Source: Octopus bimaculoides (taxonomy: Eukaryota). From it: a stretch of DNA of 64,000 nucleotides. Of this stretch, positions 27,030 to 40,577 are shown one piece after another. The DNA is taken from contig NC_068995.1 of NCBI RefSeq assembly GCF_001194135.2, positions 30,997,811-31,061,810 on the forward strand, read 5' to 3'. Position 1 is the first letter of the stretch. Each line of letters starts with the position of its first letter. A model generated the notes under the pieces. The model was given only the letters and a program-made list of their open reading frames with translations, searched no databases and was not told where the DNA came from. Made by a program: the position numbers and the translations under genes.

Positions 27030-27255
27030 TGAGAGAGAGACACTCAGGAAGAGAGAGAGAGAGACACTCAGGAAGAGAGAGTGAGAGACACTCAGGAAGA
27101 GAGAGAGAGAGACACTCAGGAAGAGAGAGTGAGAGACACTCAGGAAGAGAGAGAGAGNNNNNNNNNNNNTGAGAGAGAGACACTCAGGAAGAGAGAGAGA
27201 GAGACACTCAGGAAGAGAGAGAGAGAGAGAGACACTCAGGAAGAGAGAGAGAGAG
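27030..27255. repeat. GA-based minisatellite (GAGAGACACTCAGGAAGAGAGA, about 24-28-bp unit) spanning a gap
   Basis: At least 7 visible units. Confidence 0.9.
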
Positions 27256-27989
27256 ATGTGTCATCAATCAGGGGAAGTAATGAAGGTATCTCTCTGCAAT
27301 ATAAACATGTGATGGGTTATTGACTATTGGAACAGTGTTGGTCAAAATATCAGCCATTGTTTGTTAGAACTATGTAGATATGTCAGAGATGTATATCTAG
27401 TCTCATTGTAAGCATAGAAAAGTAGACATTAAAATTATATGTGTGTGTGTACGGCAAGAGAATAGAAAACACTAAGACAAAGTAAAAAAGCAAACTGTAT
27501 TAGATCTATGCAAACACAGATTGAACCCTTTAGCATTCAGATTACTTTGTCAAATGTAATGCTTATTTATTCACATTGTTTTAAATCTATCATTCATTAT
27601 CTTGTAGCTTCAAGACAATTATGATGTGATTGTTTATTTTTAGATAGTCATTGTACAGTAAATGTGAGAAGCCAGATCTGTCTGGTCTGAACATGAAACA
27701 GGTAGAATATTAGGGCAGGATATGGATGGTTTAAATGCTAAAGGGTTTAATATAACCTGTTGATTTGGTATTTTGGTTGGTTTTTACACATTGATATGTT
27801 TCTTCTCAAAAGGATAGCTGAACAAATCTTAGATTTGACTATGTCATCTTGTTTTCCCTAGATATTAGAAAAAGTAAAATATGTTCAGCCACACATACAC
27901 AAATGCCTGTGTGATCGAGACCCTTGGCAATTTGCTGTGCTTGAGACGACACATCAAGCCAAGTGAAATTGTAGTCTTGGCCAGTGCTG

Positions 27990-28135
27990 GTGACATGTAA
28001 AGGGCACCTGTGTCGGTGACACGTAAAGGACANNNNNNNNNNTGGTGACACGAAAAAGACATCTGTGCTGGTGACACGAAAAAGACATCTGTGCTGGTGA
28101 CACGTAAAAGGCACCTGTGCCAGTGACACATAAAA
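27990..28135. repeat. About 26-bp tandem repeat (ctggtgacacg(t)aaaag..catctgtg) within a retroposon 3' region
   Basis: Five or more visible units around a 10-N gap. Confidence 0.75.
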
Positions 28136-28307
28136 AGTATGCACTACACTCTTGGAGTGGTTGGCATTTGGAAGGGCATCCAGTTGTAGAAACCAAGCCA
28201 AAACAGACTGGAACTGGCTTACCAGTTCCAGTCAAGCCTTCTACCCCAAAACGGACGCTAAATGAAATGATGATGTGTGTGAGTAATGCCTATATTTTAT
28301 TTTACAG

Positions 28308-28349
28308 ATACAATGTTTCTTTCATGAATTACCAGCATCATCACACACA
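28308..28349 (+). CDS. TNPO3: TNPO3 small exon: IQCFFHELPASSHT
   Basis: tttacag|ATA...ACA|gtaagt; 42 nt; matches IQTSFYELPTDSHA. Confidence 0.92.
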
Positions 28350-29324
28350 GTAAGTACACCTTTTATTGGTTACCTCATCACAACAAGTACCCACTTTACT
28401 AGCTACACTATTCATTTTTGTCTCCCCTTCTTGACTCCCTATATGTATTTCAGGACAACTGCTGGTGAACCAAGGCATAAATGTTAACCATTTCAAGCTC
28501 ATATCTTTTATCTTATTTGTTTTAGTCATTGCCTTGAAGAATTTTAGTTGAGTGAATTAACCCCAGTACTTATGTTTTGTAAAGCATGGTATTCTATCAG
28601 TCACTTTTGCCGAACTGCTAAGTTACAGGCACATAAACATACCAATACTGGTTGTTAAGCAGTGGTGGGAGACAAACATACACACATATATGATGGGCTA
28701 CTTTCAGCTTCTGTCTACCAAATCCACTCACTAGACTTGGGTTGATCTGAAACTATAGCAGAAAACACTTGCCCAAAGTAACACACCCGAAACCATGTGG
28801 TTGGGAAGCAAACTTCTTACCACACAGCTAAGCGTGCACTTGTATTTCTGACAAATAAATGATTTTAGTTAATTTGTTCACATCAAGACTATAAATAGGT
28901 TTAATCTTTTAGCATTCAGACTACTCTGTCAAATGTAATTCTTATTTATTCACATTATTTTGAATTATCTTGTAGCTTTAAGATTTCAATGATGTGATTC
29001 TTCTAATTCCTGATTGTGCCAAGGAATTATCACCATTTTATGTCACTTGGTTAGAAATAGTGTATATCACTAAACAGCAACAACAAACGTTGTTGTTTTT
29101 CTATAGCTCCAAGTTATCTCTGATTCAGTAAACTTAAGGTACTCCTGCCATAATCCTATTGTCTTCTTACATGGGCCCTCATAGCCAAATGTATTCCTTA
29201 TTTCATATGATGTTAGAGTGTGATGTGAATGAGTTTTTTTGTTTTTTTTGTTTTTTTTTTTGCTGCTATTTCGAGAAGGTTGAAGTGGCTTGTGTTTCAA
29301 GATTGATTTTCATTTATATTTCAG

Positions 29325-29396
29325 TGTTTAAGAGATTCCTTATTAAACCATGCCAGTAAAATAAATCCAGACACTGCACCTGTGATAGTAACTCAG
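29325..29396 (+). CDS. TNPO3: TNPO3 exon: CLRDSLLNHASKINPDTAPVIVTQ
   Basis: atttcag|TGT...CAG|gttggt; 72 nt; matches SLRDSLLTH...PVIVTQ. Confidence 0.94.
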
Positions 29397-31201
29397 GTTG
29401 GTATATCTTCCTAACATTGATTGATTGGTTTTACAACTTATTGTTATACACTTAATCATCTTGGTTGTAATGTTTGTCTCTTTTTTCCAGTTTTACTTGC
29501 ATGATTTCAATGCTTAACCCTAACCATCTTGAGGAACTGTCTCCCAGCAGCAGTATCTTACCCTTTACCCATTTGTGGCAGGATAATCTCGCTTCTTTAT
29601 GAACTATGGTAGTGCGTTCTAAAATGTAATGCCAGTAGAGGTGTATGGCTTAGTGGTTAGGGTGTTGGACTCATGATCGTAAAATTGTGATTTCAATTCC
29701 TGGACCAAGCAATGTGTTGTGTTTTTGAGCAAAGCACTTCATTTCATGTTGCTACAGTCCCCTCAGATGGCAAAAATGAGTAATCCTGTGACAGACCAGC
29801 ATCCCATCCAGCAGGGAGTATATGTCATGGAAACTAGGAAACCAGCCCTATGTGTCTATAATGACTGAGGTTGTTTATCCTCTTTTCTATCCTAATGACT
29901 GATTAACAACTTACTCATTCATCAGGAATTCTCTCTCTCACAGCAATAAGTATGAATGTAAGAATTAATGTTTTTCGAATGAAGATAAGATGCTAAAATC
30001 GGAACAAATGGAGTCTGGTATCTTTTGCAATGGAATATTACCAAAGATTGGGTCTTTGGATTGATTTGTGCCACATTCCTAACAATGTTTCTTCACAACC
30101 TTCCACCACTGAACATCTTTCAGTTTAAAACATCTTTTGTTTTCTTAATTCTGTATTAAAAGGTGCTAACTATCTTGAATGATGAAATTCAAGAAACAAA
30201 GAAACTATCTCCAAAGAAACTTGTTTTGAGATTTATTGCAGTATATGGTTCTGACATCTTTAATAAGACTTACATGTAAAGTGTGTGCTATTTGTATGTA
30301 GGTGGCTACATTGTGTCCAGTTGTATACCTCTGAGTTGTGTACCTATATTTAAATAGTTTTGATTTATAAAAATTTATATATAATGTTAAAATGAATATT
30401 GTAATATGGATATATTTTGTTAAATTTTAAATGTTTATTTGGATTTAAGATTGTGTAGTGTATAGATTATATAAATAATTAAGTAGGATGAAGGAATTTG
30501 GTGAAAGTCAAATTCTCCTGTTTACCAAAAACATGTGCCTGAAATTTTTCATGGAGAGTTGGGTTTCCTCAGTGATTATATTTAACAGCTGCTGTATTAT
30601 AACTGTACAAATGTAGCATAACTGGTACACAACCACTTGTGTCCAGTTCACTGTGCCTCCACCCTCCCTTCCTATCACTACCTCATCTCTTTTTGTCTGC
30701 CAGTATACTCTTATTCTTTTTCTTCCACACATCCTGGGGCCTGTTATTGCTCTATCTCTTGGGTCACATAGACTTCTGTCAGCTCTCTGCCATCTCAGTT
30801 ACATTGCCTTGAATATACATTCCTATCTCCGAATACTGAGTACTCCTATCACTTCTGCCACTATCACATAACCCTCCTACCATTATTATTCATACCTCTA
30901 TTGCTCACACTTCTTATTCTGTAAAGAGTGAGCAGAGACATGGAATTGTGAGGTCCCTTCAGTCATGATGAGGATATGGCTGTCTCTCTAATGCCAGTGC
31001 CAGGAAAAAGACATCCAATACATCCTGTAAAGTGTGAAGTTGAGAGTACCTTATAGTCTTGTTGAGGGCATGATTTATCACTAAATGACCCACCTGTGAG
31101 AGCTGACTTGTTCAACCCATACCAGCATGGATAAGAGATGTAAAATGATGAGAACTATACTCACACACGCAAACTTTAATTTTGAATTTTTTTTTTTACA
31201 G

Positions 31202-31275
31202 TTATCCCTTGCAGTTGCTGATCTTGCATTACAAATGGGAACATGGAAGCGAGCGGTTGTGGATTTGATTGAGAG
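31202..31275 (+). CDS. TNPO3: TNPO3 exon: LSLAVADLALQMGTWKRAVVDLIE(R)
   Basis: tttacag|TTA...GAG AG|gttggt; 74 nt, ends phase 2. Confidence 0.95.
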
Positions 31276-31992
31276 GTTGGTATATACTTTCCTATTATTG
31301 CTACTACTAGCAATGTCTTCTAGAATCACCTTCACACACAGACATATGTATACAAATACATGTACTCATTTATCTCCATTTATGGGTGGACTATGTATAT
31401 ATCTAGATACACACATATATATATACACCCACATACACATTTATTTTCAAACATATGTACACTCACACATATGTCTATACATACATCTAACCATATTCAA
31501 CAACACAGATATGTACATCCATAGCATAGAACATTCATGTATACAAGGATATACAGCACACATGCATACTCAGACATATAAGGATATACAAAGACATAAA
31601 CAATTACACCTCTGTTTGTCTTTACACACATAGCAGGCATTAAACCTTTAGCTTTAAGATTTTGATGATGTGTTTGTGTATGTTAGAACAATATTGTAGA
31701 GGTACATGTGAGAGGCTAGGGCTGAACATAAAACAGGTAGAATATTTTGGCCGAGTATGGCTGGTTTAAATGCTAAAGTGTTAAGTATATTCCTTTTGCA
31801 ATTCTAATCTCTGCTCCATCTTAATTACCCTTTTGATTCAGTACTATCAAAATTTGTCTTGTAACTATTCCCAGGGGATTCTTAACAGACTTCATTTATT
31901 ATCACATCTTACATTCGTTGGACCACATTATATATATATATGTGTGTGTGTGTGTAATATAAATTAGAGATGGAAACAAAATAATAAAATTT

Positions 31993-32253
31993 AATTGCAG
32001 TGTGGGAGGTGTTTATAAGCCATTTAAAAACAAACAAAAACTGTTAGATTCACTTCAACATTTAAATTTAAATTGTCGAAATATTTTCGTTGCTTTGAAA
32101 CTTTGACCTGTTCACTGACGGAATTTTGTCAGTAAACAGGTTGCAGTTTCAAAGTGACGAAAATATTTTGACAAATTAAATTTAAATGTTGAAGTGAATC
32201 TAACAGTTTTTGTGTTTTTAGATGGCTTATAAACACCTTCCATACTGCAAATT
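31993..32253. mobile_element. Palindromic fold-back element (about 125-bp arms) with a G3:C8 hammerhead-like motif in each arm
   Basis: Arms pair around a 6-nt loop at 32121-32126; mismatches are mostly transitions. Confidence 0.75.
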
Positions 32254-33287
32254 GTTTAATAATTAAATAATTTAATCATTAAAATGATAAATTCAATTCA
32301 ATTTTATTATTTCTATATAAACAAATGACAACTCTAGTTATTATCATTAAATAACAGATTTTTTTCCAAAAATTAAAAATATTGTTTTAAATCCAATGAG
32401 GTTTCATCAGACAGACATATCTTGTTAATTATTTTTTGCAAAATATTGTATTTGTCTATGTTCAAATACGTCACTGGCCACTGAGTTACTTCCCTTAGCT
32501 GACTTTTGTTTAATTTATGCAAATAACCTAGACCATAAGTATGTTCTACTATTGTTTTATATAAGCCTAAGTCTCTTGGCTACTGAAGGTAATATCAGAC
32601 AATTGTCATGCAGATGATATCTATAGAACCAGAAACACGTGTCCACATCTGTCCTCGTATCTTCGGACAAGAAGCCTGTCTTTTTCTTTAATTACGTCAA
32701 CTTTGAGGAATTCTTGAATCTTGAGATTATCTCCCTTCTCAAGTGGAACCGGTCTTAATTGCCATTTGGTAATTATGATATATCTACTAGAGTCAGGGAT
32801 AGTTTTAATGAATAAATAATGTATTTGTTGAGGTTTCACTGTTGTTCACAAGACCATACATTTATCCACATCTTTCACCTGGAAATATTACAGGCCAACA
32901 AATCAGTCATCATTCTTAAAGTGCTAACTTTATTTAACGACAGTAAACTATAGCAGGTATCTGTTGACTGAAGAGTGTCATAACCAGAGACACAGGGCAA
33001 TGCCAGTGACAGGCAATAAACTGGTGACTTCTTGGTTGTTTCATTGATACCTTTTTGATTTTTCTATCTATAACTGAATGTTTGGGGATGGGTTTTTTTT
33101 TCTTTACTTCAATACTTTCTTCTGTCTTTTAGTTATTTATAGTCATTTTACTTGTCAGAAGTTCAAATCAAAACCAATACGATGTACTTTTTTTTTGTAT
33201 GTAATGTCAAATTTGGTTCATCTAAAGGCACAATGTGTGTCTTTGAGGTAATGATGTTTGATGAATGGCCACAATAATAATTAAGTA

Positions 33288-33480
33288 AGGCAGTGAGCTG
33301 GCAGAATCATTAGCATGCTTGGCAGCATTTTGTCCATTTTTACGTTCTGAGTTCAAATTCTGCTGAAGTTGACTTTGCCTTTCATCCATTCGGGGTCAAT
33401 AGAGTAAGTACCAGCTGAGCACTGGGGTCGATGTAATTGACTTACCCCCTCCCTCAAAATGTGCCAAAACTTGAAACCAT
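33288..33480 (+). mobile_element. SINE family B copy
   Basis: aaggcagtgagctggcagaatc...ttgaaacc. Other copies at about 38968-39150(-), 39480-39690(-), 56890-57100, 59488-59680, 61310-61525. Confidence 0.85.
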
Positions 33481-33901
33481 TAATAATACTAAGTTCAAAC
33501 TGGAGCAATATGTAATGTTTTTCCTCAGCATCAAAAGGCCTTCAGAGAAAAATTATGTTAGTTATTCTATATCTGTGTGGTGAAAGACCTCTCAAAGACA
33601 GTGAAGGGACCATATGTGATCTTGCAATTAAATCTTGTAAGTGAAATTACAAACAAGCTATCTGTAGATGTTTGTTGAATGAAGTGTACCTGGGTCTGTT
33701 GACCAGTTTAGCAGCACCAACAGCCCTTAGGTACTTTTACTATGGTCTTAACTTTTAGACTAAGTCTCTCATCTGGGGATCTTTTTGCTACCAGTGTCAG
33801 AGGCCCTGCAATAAACAGTTTTAAATGTTGCTCTTCATTAAGCTATAAAAAACAAATGAACTAATTTTCTAAATTGAGTGATTGATATTTTTGTTATTCA
33901 G

Positions 33902-33965
33902 ATATGGACAGAATGCACAACAGCTTCCGTTTCTACTGGAAGTGCTGACAGTATTACCCGAAGAG
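33902..33965 (+). CDS. TNPO3: TNPO3 exon: (R)YGQNAQQLPFLLEVLTVLPEE
   Basis: attcag|A TAT...GAG|gtaaga; 64 nt; conserved LPFLLExLTVLPEE. Confidence 0.96.
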
Positions 33966-34069
33966 GTAAGATTTTCTTTATTCTTTATTTTACTTTATCA
34001 GTGAATACTGTGTCATATTTGTTTAAACCTAACATTGATGTTGGTAAGTTATTGCTAATAATTATAATA

Positions 34070-34510
34070 ATAAGAATTCACTTTCTGAAGTGGACAAAGG
34101 TCAAGCTGCAGAACTTGGATAGACAAACTAGAAAGCTGTTTGCAATGCACAAAACATACCATCCTAAAGTGATACTGACAGGTCTCCCCAACCGTCCAAG
34201 ACAGGAAGGAGGCAGAGGATTACTAAATACAGAAGACACTTAGTACTACAATAGATACTTGGGTGGAAAAATTATGTTGTGCAGAGTAAAGAAAGGATAC
34301 TATCGGCTGCTGGAGATGCCCCCCAAAACTACTGCAATCGTTGGAGAATGCAAGAAGAGAAGAAACAACAACACATCAATAAATGAAAAAAACATTGGCT
34401 CTGGCTGATAGATGAAAACCTGAAATGAGAGACTGAAGCACTAATTATAGCTGCTCAGGAAATTACCATTAGGACAAATCTGATGTAGGCAAAGATCAAC
34501 AAAACTCAGT
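34070..34510 (+). mobile_element. Decayed R4/Dong-like non-LTR retrotransposon fragment
   Basis: LKWTKVKLQNLDRQTRKLFAMHKTYHPK...RQEGGRGLL and WL...ETEALIIAAQEITIRTN resemble the post-RT region of R4/Dong elements; 5' junction in a (TAA)n tract. Confidence 0.65.
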
Positions 34511-34751
34511 TCCTATGTTTTTTGGGTGATAGACATAACCTTTTTTGCCAAAAGTGCTGTGGAGTGGAATCAAACCCAAAAACTTGTGGTTGGGAAACAA
34601 ATTTCTTAACCATACAGCCACTCCTGTAAATTATTATAGTTCTTTACTATGTCGTAGTGATGTTTAACTAGTGTTAATATTTGGTGTAATTAGATTATTA
34701 TTATTTTATTATACTGATATTTCCATTTGCTTTAATTCTTTCCTACTGTAG

Positions 34752-34844
34752 ATCGGTAGTAAAGCTCTACGTCTTGGTGCCAATAGACGGATGGAAGTCT
34801 CTTACGATCTGCTCAAAACCTCACCAGTTGTTGTACAACTTCTA
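34752..34844 (+). CDS. TNPO3: TNPO3 exon: IGSKALRLGANRRMEVSYDLLKTSPVVVQLL
   Basis: ctgtag|ATC...CTA|gtaagt; 93 nt; conserved LRxGANRR. Confidence 0.95.
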
Positions 34845-35334
34845 GTAAGTATATAATCATTCATAATTAGTTTTATTCTCTTGTTATTGTCATAAATTAA
34901 TGTTGTCTAGCAGAGCTAACCTATGATCAAATGTATTATAGCTATAGCCACTAATCTATTTTTGTCAGACATAGTCTATCTTGGATTATATTATCTACTG
35001 TGTGCAATTGTTTAGACAGTAAGGTGTCATTTGAGAAAGAGATTTCACTATTTGTAGCAAGTAAAGTAAACTTTTGATCCTTGACTGTCTAAATGGAGTC
35101 CTTGCCTGTTGAAATATTGAGGCCTGCTGTTTGGTCTGAGGGTAACTCTATTCAGCCAGCTTCAGGATCACCTTTCAGTAGCCCACACTTGAAAGCTATC
35201 TTGTGTAGTTGCTCCCTTGTTAGTTCATGCTGTGCATCAATTAATTAATGCGTTATATGATGTATAAATGTGGAAAATGTTGGCTTGTTTAGTTTTTGTA
35301 AATAAATTGTGCAAGCAGGTTTTCATTCCTATGT

Positions 35335-36420
35335 AGTAGGGCTGAAAATTTCACAGGCTTATCATGATATTCTCATGGAATGTGACCACATGAGGTTTAC
35401 ATTTCAACAGTCACCATTGCGGTTCACACATTTCTTCCATCGATGTTTGCAGTGCTTGGATCCCATTAGTGAAAAAGCTTTCATCCTCTTGGTTAAAAAA
35501 AAAAAATCATCAACAGAAGATATAACGTCACCATCACTACAGTACTGATTCACAGCCAAGTGTTTTGTTTCATGTTGGGGGACAAATGATAGTTAGATAG
35601 GACTAAATCAGGAGAATGGAGAGGGTGTTCAACCAGTTCAAAGTCACAGTCTTGCACAGCAGCCATTCAAACTAAGGACTTGTGTGCTGGAGCATTGTCC
35701 TCATGAAACAAGACGCTTTTCATCAGTTTTGCCTGATGTTTGACCTTGATAGCCTTTTGTAACTGCTCCAGCAAGTTGGCATAACACTCTCCATTGATGG
35801 TGAAAATAACCAATAAACATGGCTTTTGTATCTCAAAAGAACTAAGGTCATCACCTTTCCTGCAGATAAAACTACCTTGGCCCTCTTTGGAGCAAGTGAA
35901 GAGTGGGTATTTCCATTGCATGGATTTTCTATTTGTCTCTGGCTCTAATGAAGCCAACACTCATCCTGGGTGACGAAATGTTCAAGGAAACCAGCTGGAT
36001 CTGCCTCAAACAATGCCAGATTTTCCTGTGATGTGATCAACCTTGTGCACTTTTGATCAGATGTCAAAAGACATGCTACCCACTAAGCAGAAGCCTTTGT
36101 CATGTCAAATTCATTGTGCAGGATATTCTCAACTCTCTCATGGGATATGCTAATAGTATTGGCTATTTGGTTTATAGTCAGTCGCCTGTCATCTGTCACC
36201 ATGTTGTGAATACGATCAGTGTTTTCCACTTTGGTATCCTTGGAGGCTAAATCATTTTTCTGCAGTGACTTGATTACATCATGATGCCAAATTTTGTCCC
36301 ATTTTCAAGAGAAGTCACTACTAGTTACTTTTGAAGTCTTTGAACAGTCAGATGTGAGTTTACCTGGAAAGAAACAATGCCATTATTAATAAGAAGCATT
36401 GAAATGAATGCATTCAAGAT
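35335..36420 (-). mobile_element. Decayed mariner (DD34D) transposase
   Basis: Minus strand: MTKASA*WVACLL (WVPRLL-like), EPETNRKSMQWK, TINGECYANLL, FHEDNAPAHKS, EHPLHSPDL (YSPDL-like); multiple stops and frameshifts. Confidence 0.88.
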
Positions 36421-38044
36421 TTCACAGCCCTAGCATCACTTCTTCATAGTCAGCCTATGAACTTTTCAGCCCATCCTCATATCTGGAGTTCTTTTACTTA
36501 TATTCTTCATTGAACATGACAACACTTTGACCCTAAAATCAATTTGTAATAATATTTGAGGATATTTACTTGTGAAAAATCTTCAAATGTGGATTTGTCA
36601 CAAATCACAAGGCATTAGACAAAATGTCTTGTCTTATGGCATTTAGTCTTGTTCTTAAGTTTAAGTGCAACTGAAGTCATCTTGGCATTTCATCATTTTG
36701 TGGTGAGGGTCACTAAAATAAGTTCAAGTACTTGTCATGTATTGATGTCTATCAAATTGACTTGTGTATGTATGTACCCTCCACCCCTAACCATGTGGAT
36801 TGTCAAGATAAGTAGCATGCCAGAGATAAAATAGTTTTTGGCATTGAGTTACATCTCTTTATATTTTGTGTTCCATCCTTTTGGTACCAACCCAACTGAG
36901 ATAACCACTCATTCTCTGATACCAACTTTCCTTTTTAAAATGAACAAATTCAAAATCTTCCATCAAAATTTTGTGTTAATTTATGTTCCAAACACCAGCT
37001 TAATAACGACAATGTTATTTACTAAATTCTCCACCATTTTCAAAAGTAATTGAAACAAAAGCAGTATTTTTTGGCAGAAATATGGTGATGAAAAGTGTAG
37101 ATCTCCTCTTAAATGACTTTCTCTTTCATCCTTCCAAGGTCAATAAAATTGACTGAAGTCCATTTCATGACTGTTCCCCATCCTTACCAAATTTTGGTGT
37201 TGTTCTAATGCTTGGAATCATTATTGTTATTGTTAGAACAATGAAGATTGGTTTTTATCTCTGGGGCCCTTTATCTTTTACTTGTTTTAGTCATTAGACT
37301 GCAGCCAAGCTGGAGCACCGCCTCAAAAGTTTTTACTTGAATGAATCAATTTCAGGACTTTTTTTAAGCCTTGTACTTTTTTGATTGGACCCTTTTACTG
37401 AACCACTAAGTTATGGGGAGATAAGCACAAGCGGTGATGGGGAATAAACACACACACATATGCATGCACACAATGGGCTTCTTTCAGTTTCCGTCTGCCA
37501 AATCCACTCACAAGGCTTTGGTTTGCCTGATGTTATAGTAGAAGACACTTGCCCAAGGTGCCACACAGTGGGACTGAATCCTGAACTATGTAGTTGGGAA
37601 GCAAACTTCTTACCACACAGTCACACCTGCACCTAAAGTGTAGCATATAATCAACTACATTCCCTTTCTACCGTCTTGTGGCTAAGTAAGAGGTGTTTCG
37701 CTGATATGATACATGGTATTGGAATCATGACTATTTCCCTGGATGAATGGCAGAAGTGGTTTGGTGCTGGGCACAATGTCTTATAGTGTTTGGTTACATC
37801 GCAAGCTTTAATTTCTGAGTTCGATCAATATCTTGTGAATGGGGTGTGGTCCTTCAGCCTGTACTGATGAGCAGTACACCTGGGTATGTGCTGCTACCAT
37901 GCCAACCTGTTCAACCCATGCCAGCAAAGGAAGTTGGTGTAAAATGATGATGATGATGTATTCATTATATTCATATATATTCTTGTCCTGTATTTGTTGA
38001 TGGCAAATTTTTTTCTCTTTGTCTTTTTATTTTCTTCTTTGCAG

Positions 38045-38188
38045 ACAGCATGTATAAAAAATAACCAGTATGAGACCCGGCTTCAAATGAAGATTTTTCG
38101 TTGTCTTGGAAGCTGGTTCAATATAAATGCAGTTTCACAGGAGGAAATAGTCAACTCAGCAGTTTTGCATACAGCATTTCATGTATTG
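38045..38188 (+). CDS. TNPO3: TNPO3 exon: TACIKNNQYETRLQMKIFRCLGSWFNINAVSQEEIVNSAVLHTAFHVL
   Basis: tttgcag|ACA...TTG|gtaagt; 144 nt; conserved FRCLGSWFN. Confidence 0.96.
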
Positions 38189-39743
38189 GTAAGTATCTTA
38201 GCTGTGACAGATATTCGTGTCTTTCCACAGTGTTCTGAATTTGGTCATTGCTGCTGTTGTTTTGCCAATGCGAGAGGCAGGAGACAGAGATGGCTGGAGG
38301 AATCTGGTCGTAAAGTCATCAGTGGTGCTCCAGTGGCCAGCCAGACTACAGGATATGTAATGCAATGTAATGAATAGCTTGTTACTGTTGTTGTTTAGCA
38401 TCCACTGAGTAATTTCTGATCTGTGGTTGGCATTTGGAAGGGCATCCAGCTATAAAAACCTTGCCAAAACTGACCTCACCTATGCTTGTGCTACATAAAA
38501 AGCACTCAGTCCACTCTGTTTGGTGGTTGGTGTTAGAAAGGGCATCCAGCTGTAAAATCCCGGCTGAAACAGATACAGAAGTCTAGTGCAGGCTCCTGTC
38601 AAACTGTCCAACCCATGCCAGCATGGGAGGTGGACAGTAAATGATGATGATGAGAAGAGATGGTGTGTGATGTAATGAAAGTGAAGGTATGAAACTTTTC
38701 TGTCAATTGTCCAAAGATGGTAGATGAAGTTTGGAAGGTCACTGAACCCTTGTAAAAAGAAGAGCATGAAGGACCAAGAAATATAGGGCAAAATGGTGGG
38801 AAAGTTATGGTTGGCTAATCACTTGGAGATATGGAGGAAAGGAAGAAAATATGTCTGTTGTTGTGTAACTATGATCTTTCTTGGAAGACTGTAGATAGAC
38901 AACTGATTCAACCCCTCTCATAATGATGATGATGATGAAAATGATAATAATAATAATAATGGTTTCAAATTTTAGCACAAGGTCAGCAAGTTTGTAGGAG
39001 GGGGAAAGTCAATTACATTGACTCCAGTGTTCAACTGGTACTTATTTTATCGATCCTGTGAAAGGCAAAGTGGACCTCAGCAAAATTTGAACTCAACATA
39101 AAGACAGATGAAATGCCACTAAGCATTTTGCCCAATGTGCTATCAGTTCTACCTGCTCATTCCCTTAATAATGATGGACTCTCCTCTTGAAGACAACGTA
39201 TGAGTGTTCAGCTTTTGCCGAACGACCTGCACAAATGATTTGTTTCTAGTGATCAAATGTATGTACTGTGCATTAGCTCTCTTTATTTTCATCAAATCAA
39301 CATTGTCTGAACAGGTGCACAATGTATCATGCATCAGATGTTGAAGTGATTGCAGAGCAATGTGAAATGAAGTGTTTTGTTCAAGAACACAATGCACATC
39401 CAGTCTAGGAATTGAAATCACAATCACTAGATTATGAGTGCAACACTTTAACCACTAAGCCATGCTCCCTGATAATAATAATCCTTTCTACTAAAGGCAC
39501 AAGGCCTGAAATTTTGGGGGAGGTGGTAAGTCGATTACATCGATGCCAGTACTCAGCTGGTACTTATTTTATTGACCCCAAAAATGATGAAAAGTAAAGT
39601 CTGCCTCTTTAGAATTTGGACTCAGAACATAAAGATGGGCGAAAAACTGCTATGCATTTTTCCTGGTCTGCTAACGATTCTGCTAGCTTGCTGTCTTTGT
39701 AATCTCCTAATATAATAATGAGCATAGTGTTTTTATATATTTG

Positions 39744-39810
<67 letters not shown>

Positions 39811-40577
39811 CCAAAATCATGCAGTAGGGGTGAAAGGAGAGGCGAGAAAATAGTAATTCAGTGAAGGAGAAGTAGTGAGAGTAATAGCCATGACTGAGAG
39901 GGAGTGAGAGGAAGTAATAGCAATGAGAGAGAGGAAGTGGCAAAGAGAGCATCATGTATCTTCTACTATAATAATCTACTATAGTAATATTCTTGTGTAT
40001 TTCTCCGTCACAACATATGAATGAGAAAGGAATGGGTGATCCACCGATGGAAGTGGGATTGTGAAAAGTCAACGGTGAAACAAAAATCAAACAGCATTTC
40101 AACTGTGTGAGTATATGTGTGTGCATGTAAAAGAGAGGAATGTGAATGTTTGTGTAGTTGAGTGAGTGTGTATGTGTTTGTGTATGTTTATTTAGAAAGA
40201 TACATAGAAAATAGAATTACAGACACATGTGCATTTACACATACATACATATATAAACAGACACACTTAAAAAAGGAAGGAAGTGGGCTGTGACAAAGTA
40301 TAGAAAACTGTGTTCGCTACAGACTGTGCTACTCATACATATAAATGTATACATATGTACACATGAATGTGCATGCACACACATACACACAGAGTTGAGG
40401 CGCTGTTTGATTTTTTTCACCTTTTTGTATATAAAATACAATTAGCCGTCCTTTTTGATGGCACGGGGTCAGCTAGTAATAAAGATAATGATAATAAACC
40501 GAGCCTTGTAATACCTAACATTATTTACATTTCTGTGTATTGGTTGTTTTAATGTGTGAATTTATATTGTTTTACAG

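Noticed and set aside
37864-37891. CTGATGA followed by a GCAGTAC/GTATGTGC stem
   Set aside because: No GAAA or cleavage triplet follows; at best a truncated hammerhead remnant.
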